A stretch of DNA of 56,135 nucleotides from Octopus bimaculoides (GCF_001194135.2 NC_068992.1:42084997-42141131), one strand, 5' to 3'; shown: positions 38,990 through 51,394, counted from the first letter of the stretch. Translations and numbers: made by a program. The notes: generated from the sequence alone by a model not told the origin.

Positions 38990-39589
38990 GCCCGGACGCA
39001 GTACGAGGCAGTGCCTCTCATGGCCTTTGAATGCGCGGATGCAGTACCAGGCAGTGGCTCTCATGGCTTTTGATCTTAACTGACTGGAAGTGTTATCCTG
39101 TACATTGTTTTGTCTTGGTATAAAAAGATGGGCTACAGCAAATATTCTGCTCATTACCACAGATTTGCTTGTCAGTTGTTTGACCTTAACCAGTTGAGCA
39201 TGTCCCTTGGTGGCTGACGATATGTGCATCTCTGATCATGAGCAGAAGTAGTAGTGGTGGAGCATCATAACCATGTGTTGAGAGATATTTTTGGGGGTTT
39301 GAATAATTCACCTTTGGAAACATGGGTGTTTTGCTCAACATCATTAAACACACCCTTATTCGGGGACCTTTTGAGCAGCACGGGCTACTCGACCTGAAAA
39401 AAATTCTAACTGGGCTCCACCTGCGAGGTCATGCGCTATTTATCTTGATATGAGATCACCATGTCGCGTACATATGGTTGTGATGCATGTGCCTGGTGTA
39501 CCCTTATCACACGGGTAGTCATGATGGGTATACTGGGCTTCGTATATTTTACCCCAGTGTCACTTTGATGGCATGCACTACTCTCTCAC

Positions 39590-39590
<1 letters not shown>
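38990..39590 (+). mobile_element. 601-bp non-coding element flanked by (TAA)n, with a 43-bp 5' tandem duplication
   Basis: GC-richer block bounded on both sides by (TAA)n; units at 38990 and 39033; a shorter homologous copy at 39700-39829. Confidence 0.7.
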
Positions 39591-39635
<45 letters not shown>

Positions 39636-39699
39636 GTAATAATAATAAATGTCACGAAGCCGCTAGAAATGGAAACAGAATTGAAAAGAATATGATAAT

Positions 39700-39829
39700 G
39701 TACCAGGCAGTGGCTCTGATGGATGCCCTGAGGCAGTACCCTTATCAGACGGGTAGTCATGATGGGTATACGGTACTTTGTATATTTTACTCCAGTGTCA
39801 TTTTGATGGCATGCGCTGATCTTTTACTC
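39700..39829 (+). mobile_element. Internally deleted sibling of the 601-bp element
   Basis: The 5' end gccctgaggcaGTACC joins the 3' part GTACCcttatcagacggg...actc, followed by aataataa. Confidence 0.7.
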
Positions 39830-40104
39830 AATAATAAGTGTAATTCATTCAGAATTAGTTTCACTTTTATATTAATAACTATGGAAGACTGACGGGAATA
39901 TTATTTGCATGGACATCAAGGGTTAGGTTGCTAATAGTTAGTTATAGGTTTACTTATTGAATTTATTGCATGAATGTGGAGATATCTAAGATATGTTTGT
40001 TCTCAAACAACACTTATTTTAGTGTTATTGACATCGCTGCATTGAATGGTACTGCACCGGTGTCAAAACCATAGTGATATACGTGGGGCAACTGATGATG
40101 GACG

Positions 40105-40181
40105 TATATTGGATTGTTGGTATGGCTGTTATGCTGGATTGTTGGTATGGCTGTTATATTGGATTGTTGGTATAGCTGTTA
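40105..40181. repeat. 25-bp tandem repeat x3
   Basis: ggattgttggtat recurs at 40111, 40136 and 40161. Confidence 0.9.
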
Positions 40182-40217
40182 CTCTATGTGCGGAATAGAC
40201 ATCCATTTGATAATAAT

Positions 40218-40810
40218 AGCCAATAGCAAAGAAGCTGATATCGACCAGAGGCACATCCGTCAGTGGTTACGGAGGTCAGGACTAAAGGCAGAGAGTGAAA
40301 GCTTCATCTTAGCTGCTCAAGATCGAAGCTTATTGACCCGCAACTACCAAACTAATGTGATGACAAATGGAGTAGACCCAACATGCCGATTCTGCAATGA
40401 TGAGATTGCAACAGTGGACCACTTAATCTCTGGATGTAATATTTTAGCGCCAGTGGTCGGCATTATGAAATCAAAATTATTGACAATGGAATAAGCGCAA
40501 TCCTGAGGGTGTAACTGAGGGAGAAAATTTGACCGTTCCAGTATATACAAACCGCACGATCAAAACTAATAAACAGGATATTGTTGTGAAAGACCAAACA
40601 ATATTTTTTTTTATAATGAGTATTCCTTGGGATCATTATATTTCGGCAAAAGAATTTGATAAGCTCAAAATTTTTAATATTTGCTCATTCAAACTGAAAA
40701 ATGTGGCATCTCATGGCGGTTACAATACCAGTAACTATAGGAGCACTTGGAACGATCAAAAAAAGGATTATTTTAACTGGTACCTATTGAGAAGAGCATT
40801 GTCGCTGCGA
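40218..40810 (+). mobile_element. R4/Dong-clade CCHC and REL fragment, decayed
   Basis: WLRRSGLKAESESFILAAQD...CRFC...DHLISGC, then TNRTIKTNKQDIVVKD...AKEFDKL. Confidence 0.8.
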
Positions 40811-41149
40811 GAACGATTCCAACGCATGTAATTTTTTTCAATTTGTTTTTCTTTGTTCTCTTCTCTTTCGTTTTTTTCTTTTACATAACTTTGTAAATGA
40901 ACAATCTGGTGTGTTTATTTTATTACGCCTATGAATATATATAATGTGTTTCCTTTGCCCTAGGTGGCAAGAAATGGAAACAATATTGCTGAAAGAAAAA
41001 CTCACAACAACAACAACCAGATGATGACGACGCCGACGACGATGATATGATGATGAATCGTTAATTATATACACTGAAGATTAAGCAATATGAACGAAAT
41101 GTTGAAATGTAGAGACTGACAAAATTCAATAAGAGAGCAAACACAGAAT

Positions 41150-41810
41150 CTTTAGAAAAGGAAACAAAACTATTAGACAATTCTTAAGTTAATGCAGTAA
41201 GCTATCACAAAAAGATTACAAGCTTAGGCATGACTATGGCGGAATAAAAGTACAATCGGATATTAGCAGAGTATGTGTGCATTCAAAGTGTTCTAAAAGT
41301 GATATGAATGCGAGCTGGAGGTTCTGATGGAGAATAAAAAGTATACAATTTTATGGGATTTCTCCATAAAGACGGGACCTTACTATTGTAGCAAGGATAC
41401 GACTATGGTCGTAGGAAATAAAAGTAACATTGTAGGATCATACATTTCCCAATATCATGTGCTAATAGTGTGGAGACTAGCGAAATCGAAAAAGATAATT
41501 CAGAAATAACAGAACAGCCTAGATAAAGAAATGAACAGGTTGTGGACGAAAAGAGGGCAAGTGATTTTGTTGTAATTTTTGCACTTGGTATAACACCCAA
41601 AATACTAAGCCTGTCCCATAATACTAACCCTAACCCAAAATACTAAGAGGCTGAAGTATATTGGCGCTGAAACACTCATTGTCGACTGAGAGAAATATGC
41701 TATCTTGTATTCTACAAGAAGTCAAAGAAATTTTCTTGAGGTTTGAGCATATGTGTTGCTACTAAACATCAAGATAACACCCCTGCTAAAGAAAGTAACA
41801 TGAAACCAAA
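41150..41810 (+). mobile_element. Old R4/Dong-clade CCHC/REL fragment ending at (AAT)n
   Basis: LRHDY...ENKKYTILWDFSIKT...ALGITPKIL, with frameshifts; (AAT)n at ~41815-41867. Confidence 0.65.
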
Positions 41811-41836
41811 TAATTATTATAATAACAATAATAATG

Positions 41837-41868
<32 letters not shown>

Positions 41869-42022
41869 TCGATTACATCGATCACAGTACCTATTTATCG
41901 ATCGCGAAATGATGAAAGGTAAAGTCGGCAGTAACGGAATTTGAACTCAGAACGTAAAGAAGAACGAGATGCTGCTTCAGCAGTTTGCCGTTGAAGCTAA
42001 TGATTTGCTAGCTCGTCGCCTT
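41869..42022 (-). mobile_element. tRNA-derived SINE (second family)
   Basis: Minus strand ...ttacgttctgagttcaaattccg...actttacctttcatc...gataaataggtac; sister copies at ~44020, 44280, 44500, 45840, 46292, 47355 and 47760. Confidence 0.7.
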
Positions 42023-44279
42023 TATAAGGCTGATAATATTTATTATCAACAATAATAATTGTATCATCAAAATTGTAAATCAAATTCTGTGCATATAATA
42101 TATCAGGATAATTTATATACATTATTCAATGCGGTTACAGACATGAGATTTGCAAGAAAACGGTTTTTTATAAGCATATATTAAGCTCACAAGGACATCA
42201 AATTGACATTAATAGATACTGCTGCCGACTGCACAGTCGTTTCAATTAATTGATATCTTGAAACAAACAGACACGTATTTAAATTTCACTGTACACTAAC
42301 TGATATATTTTATTTATTTATTTATATTACACGCCTGGAGAATCCAAGCGTTGGTTGAATACACTCTAATTAATATTATAATTAGTGATAAAAATTACCT
42401 TCAAAACCTTCTTGTATGAAATATTACAGACGGGTAACTGTGAACATTTTTAATATAGTGGGAATAGAGCATATGAATTGCAGTTAATTAAAATTACCTT
42501 TGCTGTGAGGAGCAGAAAATATATTCTAATTGATTAATATTAATGAAATCTAGCCAAAGGCAAAACTCCATTACTACGCCGTCTATTAAGAACGAAGGGG
42601 ATTTCGATTTTTCTTTAATTTCCCTGCATATATATTACTATTGTTCTTATAACCCAAATGGTAATTTTAAAGATATTATTAACCCATAGACTTTATTTTA
42701 AATGATATCTGGTTATCTTAAACTAGCGAATGTGCAAAGGAAAAACGAAAAAATGGCGAATAAAATGTTTTTTTATATATATGTGTGTAATAATTTGCTT
42801 TTCTTGAATTTAAATTTAACTGACAGAATATGTCTTTAAATATACTTTTTTATGTACATCTTTTCATCATTAATAAACAATTTAAGATCACATTGTGACA
42901 GATGGGAAAAAGCTACACTAGATTCCACCTATTCTGTAATTTTAAAATGAAATAGGGTTGGATGGATATAACAGACAGATTTTCACGGCATATGACAACT
43001 GACAGGTGATAGATTCTTTATGTGGAACAATAAAACAATCTTCAAAAATATTTCAAGGTATATACATAGCCGAGTTAAATATCAACTTCAGAACATTTTT
43101 CCCATACATATTTCTGTGATGGACATAATCTACGATGTTTTCCCGTGTCATTTAGTGTTCACACGTTTCAACATCAATCACTCTCAACCGTACAACTCCG
43201 CCAAGGCTGATTAACTCCAGCTTGAGTCCAGATGGTACTAGACCTAGTAGCATTGCTCTTTCCAAAACTTAGACTTTCTGATCCACACTCAGCTTGAGCC
43301 AAATTCCGTCTCCTCCAGAGTTAAATTACTGGCCTTCGGCCATTGCTTTCATGGAGCTCCACTGCTTTCATGTAGCTCCACCCCGTCAGCATGCTTCCGT
43401 CTGTTACTATCATTTACGTCCTCGGTGCAGTCCTCCGAGAGAGCGGAAACATCGAACAGAACCAGTTGCTTTGACGCTTTTGCGACCATAGTTTATCCAG
43501 CTTTAGTGACGGGTTTTGTGAACTTCAACAGCTCAAAATTATTTAACTAACCCAGCAGAATTAATTTCAAGCCTATACCAAATATACAATATATGACTGG
43601 AAATATATAACAACATGTTTTTCCATTGGTTTAAATAGCCAGATTTTAACAAGGACTGAGTACCTACACTTTTCGATAGTTTTTGTTTTATTGTAGTAAA
43701 AGAGGAATTTGAAATTAAGGCTTGAAGGTTTTGAAGCTCAATATCAAATCGTCTCATTTCTGAAAGTTAGTAAGAGCAGTTGAAGATTGACCTATAAAAG
43801 ACTGAGCTGTACAATCACGGACACATAATTTATCGATCTCTTTCTTAAATGTAAAGAGTAGGCCAATCACTAAATATTCGGGGGTGACATTGGAACCTTA
43901 TATTTCAATGTATTAAGTCCCGTTTACTACTGTTTTAACTAACGACACTTATTTTACCATAAACTAATGGCTTCAAATGTTAACATAAAACCAGCAATTT
44001 CAGTGGGTAGGGCTCAGGCGATTCCCTTGACCCCAGTGCTCAATTGGTACTTATTTCAACTATCGTGAAATGATACAGGGAAATTTTGACGTTGCAGAAT
44101 TTGAAATCGTAACATAAAGTTCCGGAAGAAACACCAATGAACGTTTTGTCCGACGCATTAGAGATTCGGTTAGCTCACCATCTACTGTTTCCTATAGATG
44201 AATAAAGACAATAATAATGCATTTGATAATGTTGATATCTTTCTTTTGGGTGCAAAACGTGAAATTTTGGGAAAAGGAG

Positions 44280-44455
44280 ACTAGTCATTATCACCGTCCT
44301 CAGTACGTCAGTTATACTTTATTTTATCTACGCTGGCGAAATGAAAGGAAAATTTCACCTTGGTGAGATTTGAACTCAGAACGTAAATGGCCGTAACCAA
44401 TACCTTGAGGCTGTTTTGTCCAAATCTGTTACGAATCTGCCGGTTCACTACATTA
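44280..44455 (-). mobile_element. tRNA-derived SINE (second family)
   Basis: atttgaactcagaacgtaaa core shared with 41869-42022. Confidence 0.65.
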
Positions 44456-45944
44456 TAATAGACCCTCATTTAAGCACAAGGCCATCGGATTTGGGCCGAG
44501 GAGTTTAATTGATTACACTGACCGCAGAAATTGACTAGAACTTTATTTATTCTACTTCGAAAGTAGAAAAGTCAAAGCTGGCTTCAGCAAGATTTGAAGC
44601 TAGAATGTACTGAGGCTTAACCATTTACCGCGAGAGATTTTGTGCGATAACCATTTGTAAATAGTGAGAACAGATGCAGTGTGAACGGCAGAGTTAGGTA
44701 AAGCGGTAAAGAAAGGTATATAGAATATATATATTATGTATAGAATATATTAATGCAGAAATACTAGCCCAATACTCGTCGCACCATTTTGCGGTTTTAT
44801 AGCATCGAATGACCTTCCGCCGAAATTGCAGCTGAATTTCCCTAACATTCCAAAAAGCCCCTCTTCATTAGATAGAGAGGGAGAACACAGTGGAACATAT
44901 AATCCAGCAAACATTGTATTTGAAATAAAAATGAGGCAATGTTCTCAGATTCACTATTTTCGATCACAATTCTGCTGGATCAGCGATAACAGTCATGTGC
45001 CAACCCCACCAACTACCTAGAAAAAAATTAAAAAATAGCAAATACAACAACTACCTTCCAATCGTAGCGAACTGTGTTTCTCCTGTCCATATAAAGTATA
45101 ACAATGTCTTCAGATTCTCCAATGAAATAGCAAATTACTTATTTTCAGTAAAATATTTCAGTTACCTACAATAACAACGATCGTAAGATTTTGCATTGTT
45201 TGGTATTTTCAAGAGAAAAAGAGAAAAAGAAAAGCAACTCGATTATATATGCAGCAACTGTGGTATTGTGCAAGCGTTATCTTCCCTACGCATCGCCTGT
45301 TATTTGCTTCCGTGATCCAGAAGCATCTTACATTTTCTTTCCTTGAAAATATAAAGAAGCACGTGAAAAATCGTTCGCATTTATCATACAATAAAATCAC
45401 ATCACTGTAATCCTTTTTGCAATGTTTAAATGCGATGTAAGGATTAGCATTCGCATTTACATGTTTACAGAAAATCTAGTTAAACAGAACGACGCGCACA
45501 TAAACACAGATTCAGTCTCACGTGTATGTAATCGCAACCGCGGCTTTAAACAGATAAATATTTCCATTGTAAACGTAATATTTATTAGCTATTTCACACA
45601 ATCCAAACAACAGAATTTCTATAAACATGGGAATATGACTTAGATTAATGATTTATGGCAATTATAAATGGATGGTTGTGTTTCAGAGAGAAACAAAGAA
45701 AGGTAGTTATTTTAATTAGATACCAGCACTGTTAAATATATTACTTAAAAAAAGAAAATTTTGAAATTTCAGTGTTGTACAAGTGATTTGAAATGTGACC
45801 GTGTGTTGAAACAAAAACAATTTCACCATTTTCAGATTTTCGTACAAGACCAGAAATTCCAGGGAAGGTGCAAGTAAGTCTACCGTGTAGCCCCAGTACA
45901 CGATTGGTACCATTATTTATCGAATCCGAAATGAGAAAATCAAT

Positions 45945-46291
45945 GACCACCTTTTTGAGCTCCATCTGTCTAACACAAGAAGGCATGCCTACAAAGTCAG
46001 AAAACAGCACATTTTTCAAACTCTGAGTTGCTGAAGCATGGAACAAACTACCTGCATCAGTTGTTAGCTGCCGAGATATTGCATCCTTTAAAGCCTCCAT
46101 GCTTCCTGAAATTCGCCAATGCTACATCTGATATCCCCACCGCCTCCATACGCATGCACACATGTATATCGTGACTCATACACTGTTCACCTTCCTTGAC
46201 TTTTGTATATAATTCTCTTTACTGCACATGCACATTTGATGAGTTGTAGCGCACCTGAGCATTGTACACGGTAACTTCATTATTATTATTA
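45945..46291 (+). mobile_element. CR1-clade LINE 3' end with (ATT)n tail
   Basis: HLFELHLSNTRRHAYKVRKQH...VAEAWNKLPASVVSC (TRGH...WN.LP..VV motif), then 3'UTR and ATT repeats. Confidence 0.75.
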
Positions 46292-46709
46292 AAATTCGAC
46301 CAAGGCGGAATTCGAACTCACAAACTGAAGTCGGAAGAAACGATCTTAATGATTTTTTTTGGTGCGGTAGCGATTCTGCCAGCTCACATTCTTAATGTAG
46401 GACACATATCAAGCACTTAACATGCACACACACACACACACACNNNNNNNNNNNNNNNNNNNNNNNNNNNNNNNNNNNNNNNNNNNNNNNNNNNNNNNNN
46501 NNNNNNNNNNNNNNNNNACACACATACACGTAAAGTCGCACCAACAGCGACCTGGTCACTGACGCAACGCCGTTGTATCTACTATTTGGCGACGGTACTT
46601 TTAACCGTACATGTTGGCTGATATGTTGTTTTTTAGTTTTTTGCTGTAGGGGTCTTGGTTGTTTTTAAAATTTAATACCGTGGTATGTGAACACTATATG
46701 ATTGATAGG

Positions 46710-46731
46710 TACTTAGACAGACAGACAGACT

Positions 46732-46789
<58 letters not shown>

Positions 46790-46845
46790 CAAACATACAT
46801 ACAGACAGATAGATAGATAGACAATTAGATAGATAGATAGACAAT

Positions 46846-46913
<68 letters not shown>

Positions 46914-46969
46914 CAAACATACAGACAGACAGATAGATAGATAGACAATTAGATAGATAGATAGACAAT

Positions 46970-47007
<38 letters not shown>
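46710..47007. repeat. (GATA)n/(GACA)n microsatellite with internal higher-order duplication
   Basis: The gacaaacatac...gacaattagat...gacaattagat block occurs twice. Confidence 0.9.
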
Positions 47008-47008
<1 letters not shown>

Positions 47009-47297
47009 GGATAATATCGCCAGGAGCGTAATGTTCAAACTCTCAATTATAATCTGGATTATCGTTAGTCGTATCGAGTGTTAAGGGACATCCGTGGTAA
47101 ACAATCTCAAGATATTTCAGGTGATGGGTAATTCCTGCTTTCGCTTCAGGAATATAAATAGTTTAACGAATGTATATCCAAAACTACGGCATATTCAATT
47201 CAAAATATTTCATTTAAATTAAATATGCTCTATAATTGACTGTAAGGATTAAAAATATGAAAATCTGTTATTCTTCGTAGTCATTGCAATTTTCTGA

Positions 47298-47344
<47 letters not shown>

Positions 47345-48254
47345 TAAAATACTGTTAATCCTTTCGTCCGGCGTGCAAACGGTTCAGCCAGCCTGCCGTC
47401 CTAGACTCTAATATAAAATGTTGTTTTCAAACTCTGGCATAAGGCCAGAAGTTTTCAGTAGAGAGGGTTAAGGCAATTTGAACGATCCCATTGCTCAAAA
47501 TTAAGAAAATTTGAAAACCATTTTTTTCAACCCTACTTGTCCCTTACTGTTGTAATTTTAGAATATTGGAGATCCTGAAAAAGTCATTCCTAGGATTTAT
47601 CGACAGTGGTTTAAAAGAGGTATAGAAAAGGATTCATCTTGGTATAATTATTTTACACCCTCACCCCTAAATTCCAAAAGTGCAGCTCTTTTTCGAATTT
47701 CATTTCAATCAGTGGTTAAAATACGGACAGTCCGAATTTGTTCTTCAATACAGTAATATCGAAAAGAAAATTTGACCTCAGTGGCATTTGAAATCAGAGC
47801 TTAAGGATGGACGACATGCCCCCAAAGTATTTTGTCCGGAGTGCTAATGGTTTTAAGAGGTAATATGAAATTATTGCTTTGTGCGTAATTTCTGCACTAT
47901 TTACGTTTACTACTTCTCATTCGTTACTAGCCGAACCAGTGAAAATTACTTAGTTTTGTAGTACATTTATTCCAACACACTTTATCCAAAATCATCATAT
48001 ACACACACAAACTGAAAACAGAAACACACACACTCATGCGCATACATACATACGCATAAAACCACACAATATCATCAGGCAAAAGTGAGTAACCCTGCGA
48101 TGGATATACGTCATATCCAGTGGGGAATATATAGGCCACAGAATCCGGGAAGTTGGCTCTGTGAGCTTATATATACCTCGAGAATTATATCCATTATGTA
48201 TCCATTATATATATGTATCCATTATACATTATGTATCCATTATACATACATACA

Positions 48255-48475
48255 AACGAGAGGGTGCTAAAATGTTCCGGGCTTTAAGGATATTGCGAAA
48301 GGCTTGGTTGGAGGCCCAAATTTCCAAGTTCTTTTACAGAAATTAGACACATTTAAGCACCACTGCAATACGAGTGAGAATCTGAGAGGGAAATATGTTT
48401 AATAAAATCATAATCAGCTGATCCTCCTGTATTTTCTTTCACCCAAGGCCAGGAACTTTTCGGCACCCCTTCGTA
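48255..48475. mobile_element. Mariner-type MITE (~220 bp)
   Basis: Imperfect TIRs acgagagggtgctaaaatgttccgggc / gccaggaacttttcggcaccccttcgta; no ORF. Confidence 0.75.
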
Positions 48476-48505
48476 CATACATACACACACGCGCAGACAC
48501 AAATA

Positions 48506-48542
<37 letters not shown>

Positions 48543-48622
48543 NNNNNNNNNNNNNNNNNNNNNNNNNNNNNNNNNNNNNNNNNNNNNNNNNNNNNNNNNN
48601 NNNNNNNNNNNNNNNNNNNNNN

Positions 48623-48667
<45 letters not shown>

Positions 48668-50344
48668 GAGAGAGAGAGAGAGAGAGAGTGACAGAGTGAG
48701 GGAGAGAGACGCTCGCAAACATACATGTATGCAAACTTACTCACTCACCCACTGATTTATATATATTAGTGATTTTTTATAGTGTCAATAGGGTTCCATA
48801 AATTATGAACGGGAATACGCAAAAAGACAGTTCAAATCGACTTTGGTAGAATCGGGTTCTGGAATATACATATCTGTTGATTAGAATATAAAGAAAATGT
48901 AAATAATGATTCCACATACCATGATACATTAGATGTAGCCAAACCATGACATCCGTTGCCGTGGACATAATTCTCTTTTTTATATAAATGTTTTTATCGT
49001 TGAGTCTCTAGCCAAACTGAGGGAAAAGGTTTTGCTTATCTAGTCTCTAGTAGTTCCATATTCTCCGATAATAAGAACAGCTAGATTATGAATTGACTTA
49101 TTCTTGCAATGTACGAAATATATCCTGGATGATGTATTACTAGATTTATCGAGTTAATAATCAACAGTGGCATAAATAAAAGTGTCCAGGGTAGGGATGG
49201 TGACATTGGGTTACTGAGATTTGTCTACAAAAGACCAAAATAATAATCCAAATCTATTTTCTAAAAAAAATATTTCTAAAGAATATTTTCTAGAAATATA
49301 AAAATAAACGTTCTAAAGACATAGCTGGAGTCGCTTTGTGTTTGCACAATTAGATAGAAACAGCTGCCAAATTACCCTCAAATCGTAAGCAACCATATTG
49401 AAAGGTAAGTGGCATATTCAGCAATGTAGTCTTAGGTATACAATGCCCAAATGAAAAAGAAGTCATTGTGTGAATTTTCAGAAAGTATGAACGGTAAAAA
49501 CATAGTGGGAATCATTGTGTATTTGTAAATCAGATACGAATAGCTGCTGATATTGAAAAGTGACGGGCATATGTGGCATTGTGTTCCTTTATATATGAAG
49601 CCCAAATAAAAAATAAAAAAAACTGGATTATCACGTATTGAAATTTTTTTTCAAAATAACCAATTCTAAAGCTGTCGTGAGACTAGCCATTTTTCATACG
49701 ACCGGATCGTAATAGCTGGCAAATTTCCTGTAATAATAAAAGGCGAGGGTTATATTTGACAATGCCCTAGATATACAAAACCTGAATGAAATAAATTGGG
49801 TTTATAAGAATTTTCTAAATTTTCTGAAAACAAACCTAAAGTTACTGTGGGAATCGCTGTGTGCTGACACAACTAGAGAGGAATAGCTGCCGAATAACCC
49901 TTACGTAACATATTACGATATTGAAATGTGAGGGACATATTCGAAAACACACATATAAAGCACAAACAAAAAATGGAATTTTCTGATAATAACCAATGCT
50001 GAAGCAACTGTGATATTCGGTGCATGTTTACAAAACCTGACAGAATTTTGCTGCAGAATTTTACTTACATGACACACTATGATATCAAGAAGAGAGGGGC
50101 ATATTAAGCAATGAAATCTGATACACACAATACACGAGGGAAAGACGGCAGGATTGTCACAGCTGGAATTTTCTGAAATACCAATGTTAAGTCTGTTTCT
50201 CATTATGCGTGAAACACATAATAATAGTTAAAGTTAGTTCCTCCAATAATATGCGATTTACTTTCATTTTGACATTCATCGATGCCTAAACGATATATCA
50301 TTAATTCATACGAGGAACTGCGTATATATTTATATTAATATACA

Positions 50345-50413
<69 letters not shown>

Positions 50414-50416
<3 letters not shown>

Positions 50417-50821
50417 CTGAGCAAATATAAAGATCTTGAAATAGAAATTAGCAAAATGTGGAATCTGAAGACGAAAACAATACCTATTGTCATAGGTGCC
50501 CTGGGAATGACAGCGAAACGGGCTGATTACTACCTAGATCAGATTCCAGGAAACCCCAGAATGGCTGAAGTTCAAAAGATAGTGCTCATGGAAACTGCCC
50601 ATACCCTACGTAAAATATTGTCTATGTGATCTCAAATTTTAAAGCAAACACATAATTTTCTTATGGTTTCTTAAACATTCACTTGAACAAAACTGTACAA
50701 ATCCAAATATATGGTACTCTAGGCATAACACCTACATGAACTTCTAACTTGTTGTCTCTTGAGGTCTCTGGGTGAGACTTGGATCCAACTTGTACAAATG
50801 CAAAACAAAAGTCAAACATAA

Positions 50822-50822
<1 letters not shown>
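50414..50822 (+). mobile_element. Young R4/Dong-clade 5'-truncated copy inside (TAA)n
   Basis: Uninterrupted 71 codons KLSKYKDLEIEISKMWNLKTKTIPIVIGALG...ILSM* (50414-50629), 3'UTR, and (AAT)n on both sides. Confidence 0.9.
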
Positions 50823-50853
<31 letters not shown>

Positions 50854-50994
50854 TAATAATAATAACGATAATGATTATATATATATATACATACATACAC
50901 ACGCACAAAAACACATACATTTATTTATACTTTCTACGGTAACTCTTATAAACTGACAAGATGAGCCAGGTTAACCCTATCCACCGGGTGAGAG

Positions 50995-51030
50995 CCACTG
51001 ACGAGCATTAATCAAATGCGAAATCAGTGG
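50995..51030 (+). ncRNA. Hammerhead-like catalytic core without a correctly placed NUH site
   Basis: cca-CTGACGA-gcatt-aatca-aatgc-GAAA-tcagtgg; core and 5-bp stem II are perfect, the stem III spacer is absent. Confidence 0.5.
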
Positions 51031-51394
51031 TAATCTGGATATGCCCTGGAAGATGTACGGAGCTGGCCTTCCTTGTCAGTCATAAGATATATGCTTTATA
51101 GAGGCTAAGAGTTGTTTTGACTCTTATTTCTAGCAATACTAGTGCTCACTAGCCCCCTCTGTCACTTTAGTGACATCTGTAGTTCTTTCGCTTGTATTTT
51201 GTGAATAAGCCACATTTATTACACACACACACGGACACACACACACGGACACACACACACGCATATGTATATATGCATATATGCGTAAATATATATGTAT
51301 CCACATATCTGTATGGATATGTGTGTACAAGTGCGTGCTTGTGTGTATGAATGCATATACACTTACATAAATAATTGACTTGCCCTGTACGCAT

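Noticed and set aside
617-48744. Long ORFs containing X runs (e.g. 37684-38748, 9771-10640, 8205-8844)
   Set aside because: They read through N gaps, so their length is an artefact.
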